A stretch of DNA of 64,000 nt from Antedon mediterranea (GCF_964355755.1 NC_092670.1:38924388-38988387); one strand, 5' to 3'. Positions 50,608 to 63,391 are shown, counted from the stretch's first letter. Translations and numbers: made by a program. The notes: generated from the letters alone by a model not told the origin.

Positions 50608-50965
50608 ATTATATTCAATATGCCAAGTAGAGCAAACTATTACAAAAATATGTCACATGACTACATACCACACGTGGCTTACTGACGCGCGCGTGTATTA
50701 TTCGTCTCTCTGTGTAATTGTGACTTAATCTCAACATGTATTGTTGTAATGTACGCTGTTTTCAGATAATATTTCAATTTCAAGCTCTCGTAATTTGGAA
50801 TTATTTAAGATTGGAAAATGACACTTTTCATCTAATGTGATTTATTCTACACGATAACAAATGTAATTAATTTGGTTAACATAATCACGCATTATGCGAA
50901 AAAATATGTGGAGTGAGGGAAGACCTTAATTTTTCAGCAAAAACTACTCACTGACTATTCATTAA

Positions 50966-51252
50966 AGATGTATTGTCCCCAAAATAAAATCAGACTTTTT
51001 TAAATCAAGTTATTCACTTCTGTAAAAAAAATATTGATTTCTCGACAAAGGAAACGGTTAATTTTAACCACAAACCATTATCTTAAGACAATGTAAGTAT
51101 TGTTTGCTTAAAATTAAATTTGTTTAGCTAAATCATTTTTTTTTTTCGATCCAGTTTTTGGTCAAAATGAATAACTTTTACGTTACATTAAAATGGCATA
51201 TTAAAAAAGAATTGGGGAAAAAACAATGTTTAAGGCCGGGGACAATATATCT
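50966..51252 (+). mobile_element. MITE family C copy with TTAA TSD (Kolobok-like)
   Basis: TTAA-AGATGTATTGTCCCC...GGGGACAATATATCT-TTAA. Confidence 0.85.
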
Positions 51253-51792
51253 TTAAATATTTGGTGGCTCAGAATGGAAGACAGAAGGCACACTAGACTT
51301 TGCCCAAGTCTCTGTTATTATACTTCTTGAGTATTGTCCACGGCGCCAGTCGGCGTTTCGATTTTGTATGTTACCTTTTATGAACATTAAGTCGATTCGA
51401 TGTCACTATAGAGCCGAGCCGCGCATAACGTTTTTTTGTGTAAACCTCTCCCCACACATCCCATAGAATTAACCCCTAAAAACCCCCATGTTTTCCCACA
51501 CTACACCGATGAGTATCATACCACTTGATGTAAGACAACACTGCACTGCAGCGGTTCAATTTATAACATGAAGAAATAGATGCAAGTTAGTCACGTGAAC
51601 TGCATCGTTTTTTCCCAATTGATGACATTTACAAAATCCCAAGGGAATGTCAGCCATTAGTACAACTGTCGAATAGACCATACGTTTGTATAGCCTTTAA
51701 TAGGCCTATTAAGTGTGTATAAAGAAAAGAGACTAGTTGTAACCACCTTCTTAGACAACAAAACTGAGGTGGAAGGTGTTCACCCTGTCTTA

Positions 51793-51892
51793 AGCTCTGT
51801 CTACACTATCAAAAAGTGTGGTGTGCCTAAATTTGGTAGTGATATGACATCATCATGTCCATTTTTATTGTGTCACATACAGTTTGAAAGCT
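51793..51892. mobile_element. MITE family A, internally deleted copy
   Basis: Left TIR intact, right TIR partly lost. Confidence 0.7.
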
Positions 51893-52324
51893 TTAAATAT
51901 CTGTGCATCGACATAACAATGTCTCTCTGTAATTAAAACTTTATTTACAATTTCTTTCCTGTATAAATTGTTTTTGAACTATTATTTATATTATCATTTA
52001 TCATTTTATCATTACAATTACTATAAGTGTATGTTTCACGTTACGTTTATTCGTGGTGTCAGACGAAATGGGAATCGCAATCCAATATCCAATATTAAAT
52101 AGGCAACACATGAAAGTATCATATTGCTTAAAACCAGGATGATATTAATGCTGATTATTACAACTGTCCTATATACGACTTCATTAAAAGTGAGGTAACA
52201 ATGCTAATGATATGACATCTACGTGCAACTTAATTTAATCGTTTAAGCAGACTTTTTGTTTATCGTTTCTTTGAATAAAGTTCAAAATGATGAAATATGC
52301 ATTTAAACTTGTGAGGGTATATTG

Positions 52325-53430
52325 CACTGCGAATAGTACAGCAGAGGTTTATACACTAGCGGTAAACGGGACGAATAATACAGCAGAGAGGTTGACACAC
52401 TAGCGGTTAACGGGACTAAGAGTTGGGCAAAGGGCGACACACTAGCACTAAACGGAACGAATAGGTACAGAAGTTGACACACGATCATTAAACGGGACGA
52501 ATAGTCTTCGTACATTCTTGGTCTCTGGCGTATGGTGTATGTACCGTCTGTAACCCTGTTTGTCTCTGTCTATGAACATTGATCCAAACTGTATATATTA
52601 TTATTATATTATAACAACTTTTTTCCTGGTGGAACCTATCTTAAAGCTCTCTGAGCTTATTTGAGTTTCTCCAGATACAAGGCATTAACTATTAATTTGA
52701 TTCATATTTTTTCAACATACTTTGAATTTTGCTTTGTGTAAATAAATAAATGAATGAATGAATAGTACAGCAAAGAGTGATACTAGCAGTAAACGGGACG
52801 AATAGAAAAGCAAAGGGGACTAAATGGGACGAATAGTACAGCAAAGAGTGATACTAGCAGTAAACGGGACGAATAGAAAAGCAAAGGGGACTAAATGGGA
52901 CGAATAGTACAGCAAAGAGTGATACTAGCAGTAAACGGGACGAATAGAAAAGCAAAGGGGACTAAATGGGACGAATAGTACAACAAAGAGTGACACACTG
53001 TGACACTAGCAGTAAACGGGACGAATAGAAAAGCAAGGGGCACTACATGGGACAAACTACATACTGTGACACTAGTAAGGCAAAGGGCGACACACTAGCA
53101 TTAAACGTAGCGAATAAATACAGCAGAGGTTGACAGACGAACAGTAAACGGGACGAATAGTGCATCAGAGGTTGACATACTAGCGGTAAACGGGACAAAT
53201 AGTAGGCAAAGGGCGACACATTAACACTGCACTAAACGAAACGAATAAGTACAAAGGTTGACACACGATCATTAAACGGGACTAATAGTAATAGTTAAGC
53301 AAATGGCATAAAGTGGGACGAATAGTACAGTAAGAGTGACACCTTGTGACACTTTATCACTAAACTGCTGAGCGAATAAAGTACAGCAGAGGTTGACACG
53401 TCACGCGAACAGTAAACAGGACGAATAGTA
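52325..53430. repeat. Degenerate tandem array (core TAAACGGGACGAATAG), interrupted at ~52510-52760
   Basis: Recurrent acactagc(a/g)gtaaacgggacgaatag units; three near-identical ~61-bp higher-order units at 52760-52985. Confidence 0.85.
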
Positions 53431-54164
53431 AGGCTCTGCACCAAATCCGAACACATAACATGAGTCTAGCGAATGCCAATGACTGATGAAGTAAAAAAAA
53501 AATCCACGTGATAGAGCTGGCGACATTTATCTGTTTAATTTGTAATTATAAAATGATTACTATATTGAACACTAGACATTATTTGAAACGCTGTGTGGTT
53601 TTATGTTTTTTCGACTAAAAACAGCTTTTGCAGTCGAAAATCTGCGAAACGATTCATTTATCGCAATATTAGTCTTATTAAAACTTAATTTCGATCGTGA
53701 TAACATAATGAATGGAACCCTTATGGTTGTAAGCAATAATCAAATACTAGACCTATATCGGTCTCCGGCCAAATTATCTTGTTATCAATATCATCATCAA
53801 ACATCAACAAGTACAAGCAAAGTAAAATTATAATGATGTCACTTCTCATAATGTTTTACCTCTATTAAGTGACCAGTATTTTGTCCAACAGCCGGAAGCC
53901 GTCTATTGTATCACAGTTAATCCCATTCTGGGTTTCAGTCTTCCTCCGTATAACGGAGAATGTTATTATCCGGTTGGGTAATCTTCCCTTGGGTAGCTAT
54001 CGCATATAATATTTATTAAATATTAGTTTATGTCCGGAAGGTAAACACATGAAACAATGAGTAATTAATTCTATTAAATCTATATTGCATCTGTGTGATG
54101 TATGTTGATTAAATTAGATTAAGTCAGATTGTTGAATTTCAGAGAAAGACATGAAAAAAAGACG

Positions 54165-55530
54165 ACGGGACCAAGGACGATCAATACGACCAGGAGCACG
54201 GACGACTAAGACGATCTAGGGCACGCACGATTAAGACGATCGGGACTACGTACTATCTAGACGATCGGGAGCACGATTAAGACGATTGGGACTACGCACT
54301 ATCAAGACGATCGGGAGCACGATTATGACGATCGGGACTACGCACTGTCAAGACGATCTAGAGCACGATTATGACGATCGGGACTACGCACTGTCAAGAC
54401 GATCGGGAGCACGATTATGACGATCGGGACTACGCACTGTCAAGACGATCGGGAGCACGATTATGACGATCGGGACTACGCACTACTGTCAAGACGATCG
54501 GGAGCACGATTATGACGATCGGGACTACGCACTGTCAAGACGATCGAGAGCACGCACGATTAAGACGATCAAGAGCACGCACGATTAAGACGATCGAGAG
54601 CACGCACGATTAAGACGATCGAGAGCACGCACGATGAAGACGATCGGGAGAACGGACGATGAAGACGATCGGGAGAACGGACGATGAAGACGATCGGGAG
54701 CACGGACGATGCAGACGATCGGGAGCACGGACGATGCAGACGATCGGGAGCACGGACGATGCAGACGATCGGGAGCACGGACGATGAAGACGATCGGCAG
54801 CACGGACGATAAGACGATTGGGAGCACGGACGATGCAGACGATTGGGAGCACGGACGATGCAGACGATCGGCAGCACGGACGATGCAGACGATCAGTAGC
54901 ACGGACGATTAAGACGATCAGGAGCACGGACGATAAGACGATCAGGAGCACGGACGATAAGACGATCGGGAGCACAGACGATGCAGACGATCGGGAGCAC
55001 AGACGATGCAGACGATCGGGAGCACAGACGATGCAGACGATCGGGAGCACAGACGATGCAGACGATCGGGAGCACGGACGATGCAGACGATCGGGAGCAC
55101 GGACGATAAGACGATCGGGAGCACGGACGATGCAGACGATCGGGAGCACGGACGATGCAGACGATCGGTAGCACGGACGATAAGACGATCAGTAGCACGG
55201 ACGATGAAGATGATCAGTAGCACGGACGATGCAGACGATCGGGAGCACGGACGATAAGACGATCAGTAGCACGGACGATGAAGATGATCAGTAGCACGGA
55301 CGATTAAGACAATCGGCAGCACAGACGATTAAGACGATCGGGACTACGCACTATCAAGACGACCGGGAGCACGTAGTTTTTAAGGCCTAGATTGTTGACG
55401 ATCGATTTTGTTCAGTGAAGAATTAGATGGTTAGTTTTAGTATATTTAGAGGGTTAGGTAGCTTAATTATGAGTTACATGTATGTTGATTATTTAGGGGT
55501 CTTTGGGTCCGATCGCCTTGGAACTGTGGT
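54165..55530. repeat. Large CpG-rich minisatellite (~23-25-bp AGACGATCGGGAGCACGGACGATGC), probably one arm of a repeat-bearing DNA transposon
   Basis: About 45 tandem variants to ~55372; weak terminal IR ccaaggacgatc / gatcgccttgg and GGTTAG motifs near the right end. Confidence 0.8.
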
Positions 55531-56441
55531 ACTTTGCATTGAAATAACTATTAAAAAAAAGTCGTTTATAATTATATCTTTGTTTGATATCGATTGCCAA
55601 AGTACATCATCACTGTACTTGCTGTGTTAATACAATACTGCGATGATTATCATATACTGTGCCTACTCCCTAACTCAATTCATGATAATCACTCACCTTT
55701 TATTAAATGATAATTCAATTAACGACGTCACCATCGGAAAATATAATAATTAATCCATCATCACTCATAATATAATCATATTTGTTACAAATTTGGAGGG
55801 TAATACCCTATTTCGCTACACTTAATAAAGATTAATACATCAGACTTTGAAACGGCCATTTTGTAGTTAATCATTTATCGTTGAAAAACAAAACTATTCA
55901 ATTCAAATAAACATGTATTTCTTTCATTTTCAATAATATTTTCACTTATAAAAGACAAAATAAGCAATTTATCAAAAACAAAAAACCATTGGCAGCCAAT
56001 TTTATTAATTTTTGCTTTGAAAGTTGAATTACACTTTTTTCAGGTAAGTAAGTTTTTATCCAATTTTTTAGATATGAATAAATATTATATGAACAATTTA
56101 TATTTTATTTAGATAGTAATCTGTATGTACAATGTTTCTCTGTGCGATATTGGTTTAAACCAATTTACATAAAATCTTGTTAAAGCGCCGCAGTGAAACG
56201 AATTGCTATCAATTCCCGTTAAATAAATTAAAAACCTCTCTGTATGGTGGAAAAAGCTTCATTTTTATTTCCGAAACCCACAAATGGCCAATATTGATAA
56301 TTACATTATTTTACATTTCACGTCAGAGTTCGCAAAATGGCTAAGATGTTGGTGGTGTGATGGTACCGTGCTTGGGTACTACAACAACTACAACAACTAC
56401 GGAAAGTTGTAGACTATCTATTGCATCTGCGTCGTGTGTAA

Positions 56442-56518
56442 AGCTCTGTCCACACTATCAAACTAGTTTGACAAAAAAGTATGATGTGCCTAACTAGATT
56501 GATAGTAAAGACAGAGCT
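56442..56518. mobile_element. MITE family A, short deleted copy
   Basis: Both TIRs present around ~30 bp of interior. Confidence 0.75.
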
Positions 56519-56589
56519 TAAAAGGCGGCTCATCACACAAGATGTTAGCACACGTCATATTCATCATCACCTGATATTTGTGTCGTCTG

Positions 56590-56869
56590 TATGGCACGCC
56601 AGGACGGACATAACTATGACAAGTTGACCTAGCTCGTGTTATGTAGACATCGCTCGTGTTAATTTTACACATCGCTCGTGTTATGGAGACATCGCTCGAG
56701 TTGAGTTTACACATCGCTCGTGTTATGGAGACATCGCTCGAGTTAATTTTACACATCGCTCGTGTTATGGAGACATCACTCGAGTTGAGTTTACACTCAA
56801 CACGAGCGATGTCTACATAACACGAGCAAGGTCAACTTGAGATAGTTATGTCCGTCCTGGCGTGCCATA
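56590..56869. mobile_element. Second IS3EU-like foldback MITE, 280 bp
   Basis: Ends TATGGCACGCCAGGACGGACATAACTAT...ATAGTTATGTCCGTCCTGGCGTGCCATA; 6-bp TSD CGTCTG; internal 20/22-bp CATCGCTCG repeats. Confidence 0.85.
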
Positions 56870-57256
56870 CGTCTGCTGTGCCATACGTCTGCTATCAACA
56901 CATTATACCTAAGCTTACACTGCTGAGCAAAAACAAACCCGCCGCCGGCATTATAAAAAGGTTATGGATGAGCGTGCACGTACATATTATATGCGACTTT
57001 AACATGTCATAGCACACATGCCAGTCCATCCGATGGTGTAAAAGCCAAGTATCATATATGTTTAGAGGTCACTAATGGAAAACATCTTCAATGTATACTC
57101 TGGTGTAATTTATTAGTATCACCAGAAATATATACCTAAAGGGGGACTCCGGAAACACAAAACGTCATGTAGCCCCACTTTTAAAACGCGAAATTCACGA
57201 TACTCGTTCTGCTTCTGGTCGGAAAATAAGTGGAGTTGTTATCAATGTGGTTGTAA

Positions 57257-57381
57257 AGCTATGGCTACTTTATGTGACAAAAAAATGTGATGTACCTATA
57301 TGGACATGATGATGTCATATCACTACCATATTTGGGAACATCACACTTTTTTGTCAAACTAGATTGATAGTGAAGACAGCT
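57257..57381. mobile_element. MITE family A copy (diverged TIRs)
   Basis: Interior matches 35093-35231. Confidence 0.75.
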
Positions 57382-57879
57382 TAAATGTTTGTTTTTTATA
57401 ATAAACAACATTTTAAACCGGAACTACCCTTTCACGTATATAAACATTGACAATTTGTTAGTGTTTAAAAAAACCATATTGGTTTTTTTGTGTCATTATA
57501 ATATACATTTCAGTTTTAATCGCATCTACAGATGTTCCAACTATTTAAAATTGACGGGTAAATGCTTTAATATATTTGAATTCAAGTTATACGCGTCGGA
57601 GCTCACGTACAATTCTCGGTCGGTAGATATGTTGATTATTTGAAATGTAACATCAAGAACAGCGAAGGTCGAACGCCCCTTCAACCAACTTACTAATTGC
57701 TAAAATAAATTGTGTTCTGTCCCAGTGGAGGAGTTTATTTATTAAAAGGTTTGCTGTGGAAATGCATCTCATAATATTTTCTGTAACCATGGTAAACAAT
57801 CCTAAAAATTGGTTCATGACAATTTAAAAGTAGTTTCCCCGTATTCATGATTGGGAAATAAAGTAGATTTTGCTACTGC

Positions 57880-58094
57880 CATTGGCATGTGGACATTGGC
57901 ATGTGGACATTGGCATGTGGACATTGGCATGTGGACATTGGCATGTGGACATTGGCATGTGGACATTGGCATGTGGACATTGGCACGTGGACATTGGCAC
58001 GTGGACATTGGCACGTGGACATTGGCACGTGGACATTGGCACGTGGACATTGGCACGTGGACATTGGCACGTGGACATTGGCATGTGGACATTG
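57880..58094. repeat. 14-bp tandem repeat (CATTGGCA[T/C]GTGGA), ~15 copies
   Basis: Direct reading; T and C variants occur in blocks. Confidence 0.95.
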
Positions 58095-58582
58095 TACATT
58101 CTTCTTGTTCTATATATTATTAATTAACAGTCAAAGAATAAATTCTAACTCACTCAGTGATATACTGAATATTAATTAGTTAATTTTGAAACGATATGAA
58201 GAAATTTGTAAAAAAGAATATGTCGATGCTATACAATACAATTTACAGAATGTTTAACAATCGTTAAAGAAAAACAAACATTAGGAATAATACATTTATA
58301 TGCCGCTGCGTTGTTTGTTGAGAGTACGAAAACATTCAAATGTCGGAATGTCATTAACATGAGATGATGTATCGTATATAATGTAGAACTTAATTAAATT
58401 GCAAAGCAATTACCATGTGAATGTTTTAACATTTCAGTGATGTCATTTTGTGCTTGTTGAAGGTAAAACGTTAGGCAAACAATATTTTGAACTTAAAATG
58501 TGTTATAATAAGTTACGCATTCTAGCAAAAAACAGTATAGAATTAAGTTACTACGCATAATGCCTAGTGTTGTATGAACGTA

Positions 58583-58959
58583 TGCTTGGTTCCTGGCGAC
58601 GCAACGCAAGGACGTTAGCGCAACGTAAAGCTGTGTTCCTACTAGGACGCAACGCAAGGACGTAAACGTAACGCAAGCATGTTGATCAATGACAAGCGAC
58701 AGTTCGAATAATCCATGGCTTGTAATTGGTCCTTGTGTTGCGTTACGTCCTTGTGTTGCGTTTTGAGTGGGAACCAATCATTAGTGATTTGACCAATCGC
58801 ATTGATTGATCCATTCACTTGCGTTGCGTATATGTCCGTGAGTTGCGTTGTTAAACAGTGATTTGACCAATCGCAAGCGATAGATCATTCGTACTGTCGC
58901 TTGCCATTGGTCAACTGACTTGCGTTGCGTCTACGTCCTTCTATAGTGGGAACCAAGCT
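58583..58959. mobile_element. MITE family B compound (overlapping or nested copies)
   Basis: Two left-TIR-like and two right-TIR-like (gtgggaaccaa) motifs. Confidence 0.75.
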
Positions 58960-59208
58960 TTACTACGTGACTTGGCCCATCAATCGGTTTCCATTATTTA
59001 TACTGAAGTGATGAGTTTTTCATGGTGTAGGCTGAATTATTGACAAAGTGATGTAGTTTTTCCATGAATTCGTGTAAACCATCATTATGAATGCACGTAT
59101 GATGCCAAGCTATCGATCACTGCAGGGATTGGATGAAACCGTGTACAAGCCCTCTCTTGGATAGGATAAATTAACTGTCGTAGCAAGCCCTTGGATAAAC
59201 AAACAAGG

Positions 59209-59284
59209 TATATAAGTGAACTCGATGTTTAATGCTGTCAGTATGAACATCAAGTTAACAGAGTGGTTATACCTAATGTTACAG
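59209..59284 (+). promoter_or_regulatory. Candidate TATA box and non-coding first exon of the GPCR gene
   Basis: gTATATAAg at ~59210, Inr-like TCAGT ~28 nt downstream, donor cag|gtaaga at 59285. Confidence 0.45.
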
Positions 59285-59691
59285 GTAAGAATTAATCGTA
59301 AAAGTAAGACGCAGTTTGTAATAAAGCCGTTAAATATAAGTACATTTTCTATCTTAGTTTAAATGGCATGAATAAACATTTTGTCCTTCTGCGTGCTACT
59401 ATACTATTACAGTAACATTATTTACAGTATTTACAGAGACTATGACGTTTTTGCAACCTGTATTTTTAGTAGTTTTTTAACAGCATTTTAATAGTATTTT
59501 AACATAGCCATTGAAGTATTTTTCTTTGTAGTTTTATTGTCTTAATTATGCCAAGCAAATCGAATTTCCATTTTAAAATGGACCAATAACATTTCTTGAA
59601 TCATGAATCTTTGTTAGCTGCATTGTTGCATATATCCTTATTTCAAGTAAATTGTTTGTTCTTATTTTCAGTGATAGCGTTACGTTAAAGC

Positions 59692-59749
59692 ATGGCACAT
59701 TTGGTTGACTTACTTGTATGTTTTATGACCCTTTATCCGGTAATTATTG
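59692..59749 (+). CDS. GPCR first coding exon (signal peptide)
   Basis: Acceptor ttttcag at 59671; MAHLVDLLVCFMTLYPVII; phase-1 donor g|gtaagt matches the next exon. Confidence 0.75.
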
Positions 59750-59791
59750 GTAAGTATAGACATTTAAGTATACTAAGTAATTAGCTTAAAC

Positions 59792-59812
59792 CATAGAGAT
59801 AATATCTCTATG
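59792..59812. mobile_element. 21-bp CATAGAG-family footprint with 7-bp TSD
   Basis: CTTAAAC-CATAGAGATAATATCTCTATG-CTTAAAC. Confidence 0.7.
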
Positions 59813-60093
59813 CTTAAACTAGGCCAGTAGGCTAAATATTATATCTTGACGTCCTATAGATGGATATTAACTATTTTAGTCTTTTATTTAGGAATTGTAT
59901 TGTATTTTATTGTAATGTTTTCTTCTCTCCATTTTGGAGCCATCTTTGACTTTTCAAATTACAAATTTATTCAAAACTGGCTCAAATAAGGAGAAGAACG
60001 TCAGCTAATCGCGTATGCATTTGTATTTTAGTTTGCATAAAATCATTCTACCTCTACAACTATATAAACAAATATTTAAACTTGTTGTTACAG

Positions 60094-61796
60094 TTTCTAT
60101 TGAGATCGAACTTTTCAACACAACTGTGGAATTTTCTGGCAATGATTCCTGCTTTTCTGATCCTCGTGACAGGAGTTGCGAATGTGATCAATTCTGTATC
60201 AAACATCAGGAATGTTGTCTTGATTATGAGATATGGCTTTCATCTACATCTGTATTGACATCACCTTCTCTGGTTACCACTAATACTCTTAACAGTTGGC
60301 TAGAATTCTTCGGTGCTGTCAAATCAAACGAAGAGGAGAAATTGGATTTAGAAACATTAAAACCAACTTTTCGGGAAATTGAAAATCTTATTATGAGTAG
60401 AAAGGAAAATCTTGATGAATTTTCGTGTAATGCTCTTGTGGTGGATTGCAGAGATACATTTTGTTATCAGTTCAAGATTCTAACAATCCAGACCTGTGAC
60501 AAAATGTTTTCCCGCGCTACGAAGTGTGGGGATGGAGGCTATGATCTTGTTTACGACTCCAGTTCAGAACTGGTGTATCGCAATCGTGAATGTGCAATAT
60601 GCAATTTTGTTGAACCTAAAAACATTATACCGTTTGTAAAGATGGTAGATGCAGGAAATAAAACCAATCTTACTGACGAGGATCTAAAAAATAAGACACC
60701 GAAAGCAAAAAGAGCAATCAGGGACGAAGATCAGCAGAATGTTTTACCGCCGACTTTGAAGACGTACAGTAAATGTCAGAGTGTTAGGTACGCCTGTGAG
60801 GTTGAAATAAGTGAAGAATTATCCAAGGCTTGTTTGGCATACCAAGGGATTACGGGTTGCTCCTCTAACCCACATTGTGAGAAATGTTCTGATCCATCGA
60901 CTAATTACGGTAGCTCCTGTCCTTTTGTATTTAGTTCAAATCGTATTACTAAACCATCTTTTGCTATCTTTATCGACTCTTCTGGAGGTTTAACCAGAGT
61001 TTACCCAACTAATTCAGAAGAGGGCCCTGATGATAACGTTGAAACTAGTGGCTATGACGTCATATTACCAACAGATAATTCAACGTTATTTGAAAATTAC
61101 ACAGAAACGCCCATATCACCAAATATGGATACAACGCCATCAATTGAACTGCGCGTAACAGCTGCGTATAGTGACGTGGCATACGTAATAACTTTGATAG
61201 GCACTATTTTGTCCATCATCAGCATCTTAATAGCCCTGTTAACGTTCTACGTTTTCCCGGTAATGAGGAATACCTCGGGCTGGATCAATATTCTTCTGCT
61301 ACTTTCAATCTTGACCAGCTGTGTGCTATACATGTTTTTGTTGATAGATAAAGCCATTCCAATTGCGTGTAGAGCGGTCGCCATTGCTAAACACTTCACC
61401 CTACTCTGTACGTTTTGCTGGATCAACTGCCTCGGTTTTAATATATTCCTTTCGACAAAACCGAAACCAGTATTTTCCAAAACTGTACAGAAAAAGTTTT
61501 TTATATATTATTGCGTGTACTCAGCACTCATCCCTTCGTTAATTGTTTCTGGTTGTATTGCTGTAGAATACTTATCAATACAAGATGTGGCCGTCTACGA
61601 ATATTATGACTGTTTTTTATCTGGAGGTGCTAAGCTATGGGTTTTTATTTTGCCCATCTCTGTTATGATGCTCTTAAATGCTATCATGTTTGTCATAATA
61701 ATCATCAATATTAAGAAGAAGTCATATGCCACGGAAAAGCAATCGGCAGAAGCAAAGAAAAAGAGACACAGATTTGAAATCATTCTCAGTGTCAAG
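60094..61796 (+). CDS. Family-B-like (adhesion/Methuselah-like) GPCR with somatomedin-B-like domain: ectodomain and TM1-5
   Basis: CECDQFCIKHQECCLDY (SMB-like), Cys-rich VYRNRECAICN and NPHCEKC motifs, TM1 YVITLIGTILSIISILIALLTF, CRAVAIAKHFTLLCTFCW (TM3), donor aag|gtaagc. Confidence 0.9.
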
Positions 61797-61869
61797 GTAA
61801 GCAGGGGCGTAAAAATGTCAACAGTTGGGCGCACGCGTACCACCAACATCATGGTTTGTACGCGCGTAA

Positions 61870-61982
61870 AGCTCTGTCAAACTGGTGTGACAAACAAAAA
61901 AGTCCATATATGGACACGATGACATCATATCACTACCATATCTAGGCACATCACACTATAGTTTGATAATATGGACAGATCT
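61870..61982. mobile_element. MITE family A, degenerate intronic copy
   Basis: agctctgtc...catatcactaccata...agtttgata. Confidence 0.65.
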
Positions 61983-62204
61983 TTCAAATTATCAAATTAT
62001 TAAATTTTCATTAAAAAAATCATTATTATTCTCTCTTTCACAACTTTATCATCAGCAACTAAATTGTATGTGCATAATTAACATACATCATTATTGCGCT
62101 GTTTGTGGTATTATTGCAAATTTTATTTTGTTTACGCGCGCGTAAACTGTTAGTGTTTTCAATGACGGTATAATTACATTTGATTACAATTTTGTCTTTT
62201 CTAG

Positions 62205-62438
62205 ATATTCTGTGCGTTTGCTTTGTATTGGATCTTCGGTATTCTGGCAAACACAATTGTGATAATACGACAAGAAACCACGATACTCAGCTTAGCGTTG
62301 ACGATCGTGTTCGTGTCGTTTTCGTCCCTGCAGGGTGTCTTCGTCTGCATCGCCCTCGTCTTCAACAAGAGAGTCATCGAAATGTGGAAGAAAAAACTAC
62401 GTAGAAAACAATCACACGAGAAATTAGAACAAGTTTAA
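62205..62438 (+). CDS. GPCR last exon (TM6-7 and tail)
   Basis: Acceptor ttttctag|ata in phase 0; YWIFGIL (TM6) and SSLQGVFVCI..FNKRV (family-B TM7 signature). Confidence 0.88.
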   Translation: MFCAFALYWIFGILANTIVIIRQETTILSLALTIVFVSFSSLQGVFVCIALVFNKRVIEMWKKKLRRKQSHEKLEQV

Positions 62439-62927
62439 AAATACCATAATGTAAATATCAATACGAAGTTGATCAATGTCGTCGTTGTATATTAGTCATA
62501 TATTGTTAATTTAATGGTAAAGGTAAGTTAAGTCCCGTAGTCATTTCTGAACGTAGGGGCAATCATTTTTTATGTTGTTATCGTTTTCAATTGAAAGAAT
62601 AAATGTTTAGTTGAATTGAATTTATTTTAAAATGTAGGCCCTATCAATGTAAAACAAATGTATATTAGATATTGTTCAGTTTGTGACGTCAGTTATTATA
62701 AAAAGTGACCTTATATCATACTCCTGAATTTATAATTTTTCTGCATTTATTTATACGTAATAAAATATAACAAACACAAATATTCTCATAAAAAAATGGA
62801 AAAAAGGAATTGTTTACTGTTAATATTTATACAGAATATTGATACTTTATCACTGTACTGTAGTGGCATGGTGTTTACGTAGAATTAAATACATTTTGCA
62901 TACTATTGTCGATTTACGCTACCGTGT

Positions 62928-63090
62928 AGCTCTGTTTATACTATCAAACTAGTTTGACAAATATGGTAGTGATGTGGCCCACATTATGGTAGGGATGTGC
63001 CCAAATATGGTAGTGATATGACGTCATCATGTCCATTATGGTCACATCACATCTTTTTTTCACATCAAGTTTGATAGTGTGGACGGAGCT
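62928..63090. mobile_element. MITE family A copy
   Basis: agctctgtttatactatcaaact...agtttgatagtgtggacggagct. Confidence 0.8.
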
Positions 63091-63322
63091 TTACTGAAAA
63101 TAAATACATTTCAGTTTGTCATGTTATGTCAGAACCATCGGGTTTTGTTAAGATGGATTAGATGCATTTGTTAGTTTTATACAATTTGTTTATATATCTG
63201 TAAAGAATATATTATCTATATTGCCTTAATTATTTATACCAGCTTTATTGATAATCAATTAACTAAACTATTATGATAACCTTAGCGTTAAAATATGTGC
63301 GAAAGGATGGTGTTATGAAAAG

Positions 63323-63391
63323 ATGAACGTACCACCAGAAGACTTCATTCGCGTGTTTCTTCTGCCCCTACTGGGGGTGGTGCTGATTAAG
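63323..63391 (+). CDS. Possible signal-peptide exon of a following gene
   Basis: MNVPPEDFIRVFLLPLLGVVLIK then aag|gtgtga; acceptor-like sites at 63476 and 63961, but joining phases are not resolved. Confidence 0.3.

Noticed and set aside
54569-55257. Overlapping repetitive ORFs (VLPIVCIVRAPDRLHRP...)
   Set aside because: Translations of the minisatellite.
57814-58179. Cys/His-rich ORFs resembling metallothionein
   Set aside because: Translations of a 14-bp tandem repeat, open in multiple frames.
60015-60093. Listed ORF start and tail of the 635-aa GPCR ORF
   Set aside because: 60015-60093 and 61797-61922 are intronic read-through; splice sites give a better model with a signal peptide and TM6-7.
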